Shown: positions 8,208 to 16,289, counted from the stretch's first letter. The stretch is 17,549 nucleotides of DNA from Candidatus Sericytochromatia bacterium (GCA_035285125.1 JAYKHR010000121.1:1-17549), one strand, 5' to 3'. Notes: generated by a model not told the origin, from the letters alone. Made by a program: numbers and translations.

Positions 8208-9499
8208 GCGCGCGAGGCACGTGGGGCCACGAGGTCGTCTACCAGGTCTTCCCCGACCGCTTCCACCCGTGGCACCCGGGGCAGGCGGCCTGGCCCGTCC
8301 CGGGCAGCTTCGCCTGGAACGGCCACCCGGTGCGTCACAGCCGGTCTGCAGCTGCCGTCACCCACCGCCACCGGCACCAGTACACATTCCTGGGCGGCAC
8401 CCTGGAGGGCATCAGGCGGCGGCTCGACCACGTGCAGCAGCTCGGCGCGACGGCGCTGTACCTGACACCCGTCTTCGCCTCGTGCTCCACCCACCGCTAC
8501 GACACCGACGACTACACGCGCATCGACCCGGTGCTGGGGGATCGCGCGGCCTTCGAACGCCTCCGGGACGACGTGCACGGGCGCGGCCTGCGCCTGGTGC
8601 TCGACGGCGTGTTCAACCACACCTCGTTCCACCACCCCTGGGTCACGGCGCGCCCCGAGTTCTACCTGCAGGCGCCTGGCGGCGGACCGGAGACGTGGAT
8701 GGGCACCGGGCTGCTGCCCAAGCTCGACCCCGAGCACCCCGAGCTGCAGGACGCCCTGCTCGCGGTGCTCGACCACTGGGGCGCGGTGGACGCCTGGCGG
8801 CTCGATGCCTCCCACCTCATCGCCCGGAGCTTCCTGCGCCGCCTCAAGGATCACCTGGCAGGGCGGAGCCTGGTGATCGGCGAGGACTGGGACGACGCCC
8901 GCTTCGATCTGCACGAGGGCCTGTACGACGGCGTCACCAACTTCGCCTTCAAGCGCAACGCCGAGGCCTTCCTGAACGGCGACTGCTCGCCGGAGACCCT
9001 GGCCCGCCGCCTGCGCGTGGTCTACGAGGGCTACCCCTGGGAGGGCGTGCTGCGCAGCTGGAACCTGCTGGGCAACCACGACACCGACCGCGTGTTCTCG
9101 AAGCTCGGGCAGCGCGAGCCCCACCTTCAGCTGGCCCGGGTGCTGCAGCTCTTCCTGCCCGGGACGCCGCTCGTGTACTACGGCGACGAGTGGGGGCAGA
9201 CGGGCTGGGGGGACTGGGGCGCCCGCGGCCCGATGGTCTGGCGGCCCTCGGCGGCGCAGCGGCGGCGTCGCGACGCGCTGGCTGAGTTGCTGGCGGTGCG
9301 GCGGGCCCATCCCGTGCTCGCGACGGGGGGGCTGCGTTTCCTGCACGCCTCGAACCGCGACCGCGTGCTCGTCTGGGAGCGCGCAGGCTTGGACGGTCGG
9401 GCCGTGGTGGGCCTGAACCTGGGGCCGCGGGCCGTCACCTGGGAGGGCGAGGGCGCGCGATTGAGCCTGCCGTCGCTGGGGTGGGACCTCTGGGTTTGA
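8204..9499 (+). CDS. GH13 alpha-amylase family glycosidase (neopullulanase/cyclomaltodextrinase/maltodextrin glucosidase-like)
   Basis: Motifs YQVFPDRF, GGTLEGI, HRYDT, DGVFNH, WRLD (nucleophile), IGEDW (acid/base), GNHD and YYGDE. TTG at 8204 follows GGAGG (8194-8198). Confidence 0.92.
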   Translation: MSARGTWGHEVVYQVFPDRFHPWHPGQAAWPVPGSFAWNGHPVRHSRSAAAVTHRHRHQYTFLGGTLEGIRRRLDHVQQLGATALYLTPVFASCSTHRYDTDDYTRIDPVLGDRAAFERLRDDVHGRGLRLVLDGVFNHTSFHHPWVTARPEFYLQAPGGGPETWMGTGLLPKLDPEHPELQDALLAVLDHWGAVDAWRLDASHLIARSFLRRLKDHLAGRSLVIGEDWDDARFDLHEGLYDGVTNFAFKRNAEAFLNGDCSPETLARRLRVVYEGYPWEGVLRSWNLLGNHDTDRVFSKLGQREPHLQLARVLQLFLPGTPLVYYGDEWGQTGWGDWGARGPMVWRPSAAQRRRRDALAELLAVRRAHPVLATGGLRFLHASNRDRVLVWERAGLDGRAVVGLNLGPRAVTWEGEGARLSLPSLGWDLWV

Positions 9500-9568
9500 G
9501 GCCTGTCCGGGTGCCGTGATGAGCCCGCACCCGGCCTGCGGCGGGGCGGCCCCCGGGCAAGCGCCAGA

Positions 9569-9599
9569 CGCCCCTTCCCAGCAGGGCTGGGAAGGGGCG
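9569..9599. terminator. Perfect inverted repeat between the convergent GH13 gene and tRNA; probable terminator
   Basis: CGCCCCTTCCCAGC-agg-GCTGGGAAGGGGCG (14-bp arms). No strong U tract. Confidence 0.65.
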
Positions 9600-9609
9600 C
9601 CTTCGCCGA

Positions 9610-9682
9610 TGGGCGCGCTGGGAATCGAACCCAGGACACGCGGATTAAAAGTCCGCTGCTCTACCAACTGAGCTACACGCCC
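9610..9682 (-). tRNA. tRNA-Lys (anticodon UUU); CCA not encoded
   Basis: GGGCGTGTAGCTCAGTTGGTAGAGCAGCGGACTTTTAATCCGCGTGTCCTGGGTTCGATTCCCAGCGCGCCCA folds as a cloverleaf, with anticodon arm GCGGA-CTTTTAA-TCCGC and T-loop TTCGATT. Confidence 0.97.
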
Positions 9683-9691
9683 GGCGCGGGC

Positions 9692-9721
9692 ATCTTAACC
9701 CGCGCGGGGGGCCGCTTGCAA
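9692..9721 (-). promoter_or_regulatory. Sigma70-type promoter of tRNA-Lys
   Basis: -35 TTGCAA (9721-9716), 18-nt spacer, -10 TAAGAT (9697-9692), then an all-GC stretch before the tRNA. Confidence 0.7.
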
Positions 9722-9768
9722 GGCGCCCCCGCGCGGGCGACGAAGATGTTCGTGGCCCGCGCCCGTCG

Positions 9769-9905
9769 CCTTGGCCTCGGCGGTGGCCCATCATCCTTGT
9801 ATCAACCGAACCTCGAAGCAGTACAACGAGGCCGACCTCTCCTCGATTGTCATGCTCGGCCACACGGTTCTGATACGGTCGTTCGTGCCAGCAGCGACGC
9901 CAGGA
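9769..9905 (+). ncRNA. Candidate rod-shaped structured RNA, 6S RNA-like (strand not certain)
   Basis: Nested pairings found by eye: CTTGGC 9770-75/GCCAGG 9899-9904; TGGC 9784-87/GCCA 9887-90; GTATCA 9799-9804/TGATAC 9871-76; ACCG 9805-08/CGGT 9865-68; CGAAGCA 9814-20/TGCTCG 9853-58; ACAACGAGG 9823-31/CCTCGATTGT 9841-50. Confidence 0.45.
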
Positions 9906-10003
9906 ATGTCCGTCCAAGAACGGCTGCACTGCGTGCTCGGGGTGTCGGCGCCGGAGCCGGTATGGGCCGGAGGGCGCTGTGAAGCGCAACAAGGAGGGTG
10001 ACA

Positions 10004-10294
10004 ATGGTCGGAAACAAGCCGGGTCCAGCCAAGGGGGACCCTCGGATGGTGGAGGCCGGGCGCCGCGGCGGCCAGACCGTGAAGGAGGAGCGCGGGCGCG
10101 AGTTCTTCCAGCAGATAGGCCAGAAGGGTGGGCAGGCCACCAAGGAAAAGTACGGCCCCGAATTTTTCTCGCAGATCGGGCGCAAGGGGGGCGAGTCCGT
10201 CAAACGCGAGCGGGGTGTCGAGTTTTACTCCAGCATCGGGCGCAAGGGAGGCTCGTCCTCCCGGGCCGGCAAGGGCCGCAAGAAAACGCCCTGA
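10004..10294 (+). CDS. KGG-repeat general stress protein (GsiB/Em LEA-like hydrophilin)
   Basis: Four G[RQ][RK]GG motifs at a 20-aa period (EFF/Y..IG.KGG). ATG at 10004 follows AAGGAGG (9991-9997). Confidence 0.9.
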   Translation: MVGNKPGPAKGDPRMVEAGRRGGQTVKEERGREFFQQIGQKGGQATKEKYGPEFFSQIGRKGGESVKRERGVEFYSSIGRKGGSSSRAGKGRKKTP

Positions 10295-10331
10295 CAGCCA
10301 CCGATGGGCCGCTGACCGCAGCCCGTCGCGC

Positions 10332-10369
10332 CGGGCGGGCCTCCCTTCGTGGGGGGCCCGCCCGCGTTT
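10332..10369 (+). terminator. Intrinsic terminator after the KGG gene
   Basis: CGGGCGGGCCTCCC-ttcgt-GGGGGGCCCGCCCG (14 bp, one G-U), followed by CGTTT. Confidence 0.7.
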
Positions 10370-10397
10370 GACGGCCACTCCGTGCCGTCGGTACAAT
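10368..10397 (+). promoter_or_regulatory. Sigma70-type promoter of gatAB
   Basis: TTGACG (10368-73), 18-nt spacer, TACAAT (10392-97). Confidence 0.7.
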
Positions 10398-10441
10398 CCG
10401 CCCTTCGGGGCTTCGCGCCCCGCAGCCAGCGAGAAGCCGCC

Positions 10442-11920
10442 GTGTCCACGCTCCACGACCTGACCGCCGCCGACATGGCGGCCCGCCTTGCCCGCCGCGA
10501 GCTGTCCGCCCGCGACCTCGCGCAGGCCTTCCTCGACCGCATCGCGGCGGTGGAGCCGGCCGTCGGCGCCTACCTGACGCTCACGGCAGAGCGGGCCCTC
10601 GCGGAGGCCGACGCCGTCGACCGGGCACGCCTGGCCGGGGAGCCGCTGGGGCCCCTGGCGGGCATTCCCCTCGCGATCAAGGACAACCTCGTCACGGCGG
10701 GCGTGCGCACGACGTGTGCCTCACGGCTGCTCGAGTACTGGGTGCCACCGTACGAGTCCACGGCCACGGCGCGGCTCCGGCAGGCAGGCCTGGTGGCCCT
10801 CGGCAAGGTCAACATGGACGAGTTCGCGATGGGCTCCTCGTGCGAGAACTCGGCCCTCGGCACCACGCGCAACCCCTGGGACCTCGCGCGCGTGCCCGGC
10901 GGTTCCTCCGGCGGCTCGGCCGCGGCGGTGGCGGCCGGCGAGGCCGCGCTGGCCCTCGGCACCGACACGGGGGGCTCGATCCGCCAGCCGGCCGCCTTCT
11001 GTGGGCTGGTGGGCCTGAAGCCGACCTACGGCCTGGTCTCGCGCCACGGCCTCGTCGCGTTCGCCTCCAGCCTGGACCAGGCCGGCCCGATCACCCGCGA
11101 CGTCCGCGACAACGCCCTGCTGCTCAGCGCGATCGCGGGGCACGACCCGCTCGACTCCACCTCGCTCGACCGGCCCGTGCCCGACTACGCTGCGGCCCTC
11201 GGGCGCGGGGTGGCGGGGCTGCGCGTGGGCCTGGTGCGAGAGCTCGTGGGCGAGGGCGTGGACCCGGAGGTGCGCGCGGCGGTGATGGCCGCGGTGGGCG
11301 TGCTGGAGGGCCTCGGGGCCGAGGTCGAGGAGATCGAGCTGCCCCACAGCCGCGTGGCGCTTGCGACCTACTACGTGGTGGCGACGGCGGAGGCCAGCTC
11401 CAACCTGGCGCGCTACGACGGCGTGCGCTACGGCCTGCGGGCTGACCACCCCTCGGACCTGATCGACATGTACACCCGCACGCGCGCCCACTTCGGCACC
11501 GAGGTGAAGCGGCGCATCCTGCTCGGCACCTATGCGCTTGCCGCGGGCTACTACGATGCCTACTACAAGAAGGCCCTGCAGTTGCGCACCTTGATCAAGG
11601 CGGACCACGACCAGGCCCTCACCCGGTGCGACGTGCTGCTGTCGCCGACCACGCCGACCACTGCCTTCCGGCTCGGCGAGCGGGTGGAAGATCCCCTCGC
11701 GATGTACCTGGCCGACGTGGCGACGATCCCCGCGAACCTGGCGGGCGTGCCGGCCCTGTCGGTGCCCTGCGGCTTCGACGCCCAAGGGCTGCCGATCGGG
11801 CTCCAACTCGTCGGGCGGCCGCTCGGCGAGGAGGTGCTCTACCAGGTCGCCCACGCCTTCGAGCAGGCGACGGACCACCACCTCCGGCGCCCGGTGCTGG
11901 GCCCCGTGACGGCCTCGTGA
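10442..11920 (+). CDS. gatA: Asp-tRNA(Asn)/Glu-tRNA(Gln) amidotransferase subunit A
   Basis: Amidase signature ([23 protein letters not shown]) plus [24 protein letters not shown] and GYYDAYY. GTG 10442 chosen because it lies downstream of the promoter. Confidence 0.96.
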   Translation: MSTLHDLTAADMAARLARRELSARDLAQAFLDRIAAVEPAVGAYLTLTAERALAEADAVDRARLAGEPLGPLAGIPLAIKDNLVTAGVRTTCASRLLEYWVPPYESTATARLRQAGLVALGKVNMDEFAMGSSCENSALGTTRNPWDLARVPGGSSGGSAAAVAAGEAALALGTDTGGSIRQPAAFCGLVGLKPTYGLVSRHGLVAFASSLDQAGPITRDVRDNALLLSAIAGHDPLDSTSLDRPVPDYAAALGRGVAGLRVGLVRELVGEGVDPEVRAAVMAAVGVLEGLGAEVEEIELPHSRVALATYYVVATAEASSNLARYDGVRYGLRADHPSDLIDMYTRTRAHFGTEVKRRILLGTYALAAGYYDAYYKKALQLRTLIKADHDQALTRCDVLLSPTTPTTAFRLGERVEDPLAMYLADVATIPANLAGVPALSVPCGFDAQGLPIGLQLVGRPLGEEVLYQVAHAFEQATDHHLRRPVLGPVTAS

Positions 11921-11936
11921 GCTAGGAGGGCGCCAG

Positions 11937-13412
11937 ATGTCGATCCAGTACGAGGCGGTGATCGGGCTCGAGGTCCATGCCGAGCTCCTGACAGAGACCA
12001 AGATCTTCTGTGGCTGCCGCGCGACCTTCGGCGCGGAGCCCAACACCCACGTCTGCCCCGTCTGCCTGGGGGCGCCCGGGGCCCTGCCCGTGCTCAACCG
12101 CCGGGTGCTCGAGTTCGCCATCCTGGCGGGGCAGGCCCTGAACGCCGAGATCGCCGCCGTGAGCAAGTTCGACCGCAAGAACTACTTCTATCCCGACCTG
12201 CCCAAGGCGTACCAGATTTCCCAGTTCGACCAGCCGATCTGCGAGCGGGGCTGGGTCGACATCACCGTGGGGGAGGCCGAGCGGCGCATCGGCATCACGC
12301 GCATCCACATGGAGGAGGACGCCGGCAAGCTCTTGCACCAGGGGGCTGCGGGCCTGGCGGGCTCCACGCACTCGCTCGTCGACCTCAACCGGGCCGGCGT
12401 GCCCCTGCTCGAGATCGTCTCCGAGCCGGAGCTGCGCACGCCCGAGGAGGCGCGCGCGTACATGCAGGAGCTGCGTGCCATCCTGGTGTACCTGGGCATC
12501 AACGACGGCCGGCTGGAGCAGGGCTCCCTGCGGTGTGACGCCAACGTGTCCATCCGGCCCGTCGGCCAGGCGGCGCTCGGGACCAAGGCCGAGATCAAGA
12601 ACATGAACTCCTTCAACGCCATCGAGCGGGCCATCCGCTACGAGATCCAGCGCCAGATCGACGCGGTGGAGTGCGGCGAGCGCATCGTGCAGGAGACCCG
12701 CCTGTGGAACGAGGAGCGCCAGGTCACTGTCAGCATGCGCTCCAAGGAGGGCTCGGCCGACTACCGCTACTTCCCGGACCCCGACCTCATCCCGCTGCAC
12801 ATCCCGCGCGAGCAGGTGGCCGAGCTCGCGGCGCGCCTGCCGGAGCTGCCGGCCGCCAAGCGGGCCCGCTACGAGGCCAGCTTCGGCTTGACGCCATACG
12901 ACGCCCGGGTGCTCGTGGCGGACAAGCAGGTGGCTGACTTCTTCGACGCCGCCGTGGAGGCCGCGGGCGGCGCCGGCTCCGGGCGGGCCAAGGCCCTGGC
13001 GAACTGGCTCACGGGGGACGTCGCGGCGGCCCTGAACGCCGACAAGCTCACGCTGGCGGAGACGCGGCTCACGCCGGCCCACCTCGCGGAGCTTGTGGCC
13101 CTCATCGAGGGGGACACCATCTCGGGCAAGATCGCGAAGGCCCTGCTGCCCGCCATGCTCGCGGAGGGCACGGCCCCGGGTCGGCTCGTGGAGGAGGGCG
13201 GCCTCGTCCAGATCCAGGACACGGGGGCCCTGGCCGCGGCCATCGAGGCGGTGTTGCAGGCGCATCCGGCGCAGGTGGCGGAGTTCCAGGCTGGCAAGAC
13301 CAAGGTCGTGGGCTTCCTGGTGGGCCAGGTGATGCGGGCCACCCAGGGGCGCGCCAAGCCCGAGCTCGTGAACCGCCTGCTGGTGGAGGCGCTCGGAGGC
13401 CAGCCGGGCTGA
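11937..13412 (+). CDS. gatB: Asp-tRNA(Asn)/Glu-tRNA(Gln) amidotransferase subunit B
   Basis: Motifs IGLEVH, KIFCGC, FDRKNYFYPDLPK, HMEEDAGK, RCDANVS and YRYFPDPDL. RBS AGGAGG at 11925-30. Confidence 0.97.
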   Translation: MSIQYEAVIGLEVHAELLTETKIFCGCRATFGAEPNTHVCPVCLGAPGALPVLNRRVLEFAILAGQALNAEIAAVSKFDRKNYFYPDLPKAYQISQFDQPICERGWVDITVGEAERRIGITRIHMEEDAGKLLHQGAAGLAGSTHSLVDLNRAGVPLLEIVSEPELRTPEEARAYMQELRAILVYLGINDGRLEQGSLRCDANVSIRPVGQAALGTKAEIKNMNSFNAIERAIRYEIQRQIDAVECGERIVQETRLWNEERQVTVSMRSKEGSADYRYFPDPDLIPLHIPREQVAELAARLPELPAAKRARYEASFGLTPYDARVLVADKQVADFFDAAVEAAGGAGSGRAKALANWLTGDVAAALNADKLTLAETRLTPAHLAELVALIEGDTISGKIAKALLPAMLAEGTAPGRLVEEGGLVQIQDTGALAAAIEAVLQAHPAQVAEFQAGKTKVVGFLVGQVMRATQGRAKPELVNRLLVEALGGQPG

Positions 13413-13478
13413 GGGCCCGCCTCACGCTTGGGGGCCGGGTTGTGAGGTTAAGCCGGGTTTAAACTTTGCAGGATTTCA

Positions 13479-13487
13479 TGCTACAAT
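13479..13487 (+). promoter_or_regulatory. Extended -10 promoter (TGCTACAAT) for the GT2 gene
   Basis: Lies in a locally AT-rich patch (TTTAAACTTTGCAGGATTTCATGCTACAAT), about 80 nt before the ATG. Same 9-mer as the ychF promoter. Confidence 0.6.
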
Positions 13488-13566
13488 CCGGAAGGTCACG
13501 CCCGCCTGATCCGAACCCCCGTTCGCCGCTTGGTCGCCGAACCCGTCGCTGAGAGCACGTCGCCAC

Positions 13567-14934
13567 ATGCCCAAACCGATCGCTCCCCAGGCCCTGCGCT
13601 TCCTCGTCGCCCTGCCCCTGGTGCTGGCCTTGGCCGTCCTGGGCATTGTGCTGGCTACCGGCAGCCTGACGGCGCTGACCCTGGCGAGCCTCCTCCCGCT
13701 GGCGTACGGCTTCGTGGCCTTCAGCCTGGGCTGCTGGTGGTACGGCAAGCCCGACCCCAGCGTGGCCTTGCCCGACGAGGGGACGTTCGAGTGGCCCGTC
13801 GTGACCGTGATGATCCCCGCGCACAACGAGGAGGCCGTGATCGGCCACACGCTCGCGCACGTGCTCCGGCTCGATTACCCTCGCTTCGAGGTCATCGTGA
13901 TCGACGATCACAGCTCGGATCGGACCTCGGAGATCGTGCAGCAGTTCCGCGGCGTGAGGCTGGTGCAGCGGCGCAACCTGCCCAACCGGGGCAAGTCGGA
14001 GGCGCTCAACGCGGGCCTCGAGTTCGCCGTCGGCGACGTCCTGTGCGTCTTCGATGCCGACTCCGAGATGGCCCCGGACTTCCTGCGCAAGGCCGTCGCC
14101 CCCCTGATCGACAACCCGGAGTACTGCGGCGTGCAGGGCCAGGTGCGGATGTACAACCGCCGCGACGGCTTCCTGACGGCAGCACAGGACGACGAGTTCG
14201 CGCTGTTCAACGAGGTGCTGCAGCTGGCGCGCGTCCGGCTCGGCATCGCTTCCGCCCTGGGTGGCAACGGCCAGCTGACGAAGCGGGCTGACCTGGAGGC
14301 CGTCGGTGGCTGGAACCCCGGCTCGCTGACGGAGGACCTCGACCTGACGATGCGGCTCATCCTGGCCGGTCGCGGCCGGATCTACCATGTGACGGAAGCC
14401 ATCGTGTGGCAGGAGGGCGTGCCGACGCTGCGCGGGTTGATCCGGCAGCGCCAGCGCTGGTCCGAGGGGATGATCCGGACGTATGGCGACTTCATCGGCG
14501 CTGTGCTGCGCAGCCGGGAGATCACGCACCCGATGCGGGTCGACCTCGTCTACGCCCTGGTGTCATGCTTCTTCCCGCTGGTGACGGTTGTCGGGGTGGT
14601 GGTCCAGCTCTTGGCCTGCCTCCCCGGCGTGGTCTTCCAGGCGCCGCCCGTGTGGCTCGGCCAGGCGGCCACCGGGATGCTGGTCTGTGGCGCCCTGACC
14701 TGGCCTGTCGTGGTCTCCTGGCAGCGGGAGCGGCGCATCGACCTCCTGCCCGGCCTGCGCTTTGCCGTCTACATTCTCCACTGGGTGCCTGCCCTGGCCA
14801 TCGCCCTGCGCAACGTCTTCCTCGACCGGGCCGTCATCTGGGACAAGACCGAGCACCTGGGGCGGAGCCTCGGCCTGCCCTACGGGGCCGCGCCCTCGGC
14901 GCCCAGGACCCTCGCGGTGGCCGAGGAGGTCTGA
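13567..14934 (+). CDS. Membrane GT2 family glycosyltransferase (D,D,D,QxxRW type)
   Basis: Motifs IPAHNE, DDHSSD, GKSEALN, FDAD, TEDLD and QRQRW, with N- and C-terminal hydrophobic segments. Confidence 0.92.
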   Translation: MPKPIAPQALRFLVALPLVLALAVLGIVLATGSLTALTLASLLPLAYGFVAFSLGCWWYGKPDPSVALPDEGTFEWPVVTVMIPAHNEEAVIGHTLAHVLRLDYPRFEVIVIDDHSSDRTSEIVQQFRGVRLVQRRNLPNRGKSEALNAGLEFAVGDVLCVFDADSEMAPDFLRKAVAPLIDNPEYCGVQGQVRMYNRRDGFLTAAQDDEFALFNEVLQLARVRLGIASALGGNGQLTKRADLEAVGGWNPGSLTEDLDLTMRLILAGRGRIYHVTEAIVWQEGVPTLRGLIRQRQRWSEGMIRTYGDFIGAVLRSREITHPMRVDLVYALVSCFFPLVTVVGVVVQLLACLPGVVFQAPPVWLGQAATGMLVCGALTWPVVVSWQRERRIDLLPGLRFAVYILHWVPALAIALRNVFLDRAVIWDKTEHLGRSLGLPYGAAPSAPRTLAVAEEV

Positions 14935-14973
14935 CCCGCCGGCGTGGCTGCCGAAGGTAGCCCTGGAATGGAT

Positions 14974-14997
14974 GAGGCCGCGCCTGCGCGCGGCCTC
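14974..14997. terminator. Hairpin between the convergent GT2 and rnd genes
   Basis: GAGGCCGCGC-ctgc-GCGCGGCCTC (perfect 10 bp). Confidence 0.55.
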
Positions 14998-15020
14998 TGT
15001 AGCTCTGCGCGTCGCGCCGA

Positions 15021-16229
15021 TCAGGCCAGAGCGGGGTTCAGGCGCAGGTGCTTGGCCCGGGGATCCCACTGCACGGCGAGCTCCCCCGTCAGGATGGAGA
15101 CGAGCGTGTGCCCCACGAGCTCGCCGCGCCAACCCTTCAACACGGGCAGGTCGGCGGCGGTGCCCTTGCGGTGGGCCTCGACCAGCCGCTGGAGATCGGC
15201 GACGGTGGCAACCAACGTCGAGCTCACGAGTTTCTCGGCCGAGATGACCTGCAGCACGGCGTGCAGCAGCGAGGCCAGCGCGGCCTCCGCGTCATCGAGC
15301 TGCGGCCCCGGGCTGTCGGGCACCGGGCAGGCCTCGGGGGGCACGGCCTTGCCGCGCTTGACGGAAGCCAGGATGGCATCCGCGTGGCGCTCTAGGTCTC
15401 GGGGCTGCAGGCCGCGGATGGCGCGCAGCTGGTGCTCCTGGCTGGGGGACCTGCGGGCGAGTTCGACGAGGAACTCGTCGCGCAGCACCGAGCCGCGGGG
15501 GCGGTTGCGGCGCGCGGCCTCCTGCTCGCGCCAGATGGCGAGCTCCCGGAGCACGGCCAGCCCGCGGCGGTCCAGCCCGCTCCAGCCCTTCACCTTGTAG
15601 AACAGCGTCTGCATGTCCGCCCGTGTGGCGATCGTGCGCTCGACGTGGGCGCGGGCCCGCTCGCACTCCTCGCTGGCCCAGTCCAGGCGGCCGAGCACCG
15701 ACAGCTCCCGAACCTCGGCCTCGTAGAGCGGGATGAGGTAGCGCACGTCTTCGAGCGCGTAGTGCAGCTGCTCGGGCGTCAGGGGGCGCTGGGACCAGTC
15801 CGTCAGCGTCTCCCCCTTGGTCGGCTTGTGGCCCAGCATGTTCTCCACCACGGCCTGGTAACCGAGCCGGCCCGTGTAGCCGATGAGCCCGGTCACGAGC
15901 TGGGTGTCCCAGATGGGGGCCGGCACGACCCCCGTCAGCAGGTGGAACATCTCGAGGTCCTGGTCGGCCGCGTGGAAGACCTTGAGCACCTCCGGGTCGC
16001 GCAGCAGGGCGGCGAAGGGGTCGTCCTCGTAGCGCCCGATGCGCTGGTAGTCGATCGCGGCCACCGTGCCGTCGGGCGCCGCGACCTGCACCAGCTCGAG
16101 GCTGGGCACGTAGCTCTTCTCGCGGATGAACTCGGTGTCCACGGCGAGCACGCCGAACCCGGCCAGCTGGTCACACAGGGCTTCGAGCGAGCGGCGGTCA
16201 TCGATGAAGGTGGAAACGGCGCCAGGCAT
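15021..16229 (-). CDS. rnd: Ribonuclease D (DEDDy exonuclease plus HRDC domain)
   Basis: Motifs AVDTEF, FHAADQDL, WDTQL, TDWSQRPL...QLHYALEDV, and the HRDC segment WREQEAARRNRPRGSVLRD. Confidence 0.93.
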   Translation of the reverse strand: MPGAVSTFIDDRRSLEALCDQLAGFGVLAVDTEFIREKSYVPSLELVQVAAPDGTVAAIDYQRIGRYEDDPFAALLRDPEVLKVFHAADQDLEMFHLLTGVVPAPIWDTQLVTGLIGYTGRLGYQAVVENMLGHKPTKGETLTDWSQRPLTPEQLHYALEDVRYLIPLYEAEVRELSVLGRLDWASEECERARAHVERTIATRADMQTLFYKVKGWSGLDRRGLAVLRELAIWREQEAARRNRPRGSVLRDEFLVELARRSPSQEHQLRAIRGLQPRDLERHADAILASVKRGKAVPPEACPVPDSPGPQLDDAEAALASLLHAVLQVISAEKLVSSTLVATVADLQRLVEAHRKGTAADLPVLKGWRGELVGHTLVSILTGELAVQWDPRAKHLRLNPALA

Positions 16230-16256
16230 CGAGCTCTCCGTGCTGTGGGACGATGC

Positions 16257-16289
16257 ATGATACCAGCGGGCCTGCGGAAATGGTAGGCT
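16257..16289. promoter_or_regulatory. Back-to-back extended -10 elements for rnd (-) and the M3 peptidase (+)
   Basis: TGGTATCAT on minus (16265-16257) and TGGTAGGCT on plus (16281-16289). Confidence 0.45.

Noticed and set aside
9500..9682. tRNA-Lys as an integration site for an island or prophage
   Set aside because: No integrase, no duplicated tRNA 3' end seen in the window, and no obvious compositional shift.
9771..10001. Small ORFs in the tRNA-KGG intergenic region (76 aa on plus; 20 aa MTIEERSASLYCFEVRLIQG on minus, 9853-9791)
   Set aside because: No clear RBS or recognisable motif, and RNA structure explains the region better. Not fully excluded.
10050..10255. 60-nt periodic repeats as a possible CRISPR or DNA repeat array
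   Set aside because: They are degenerate at synonymous positions and encode the KGG protein repeats.
13486..13556. c-di-AMP (ydaO) riboswitch or SRP RNA in the GT2 leader
   Set aside because: Only short fragments resemble them (CCGAACCCGTC; CCGGAAGG). The other conserved elements and the required length are missing.
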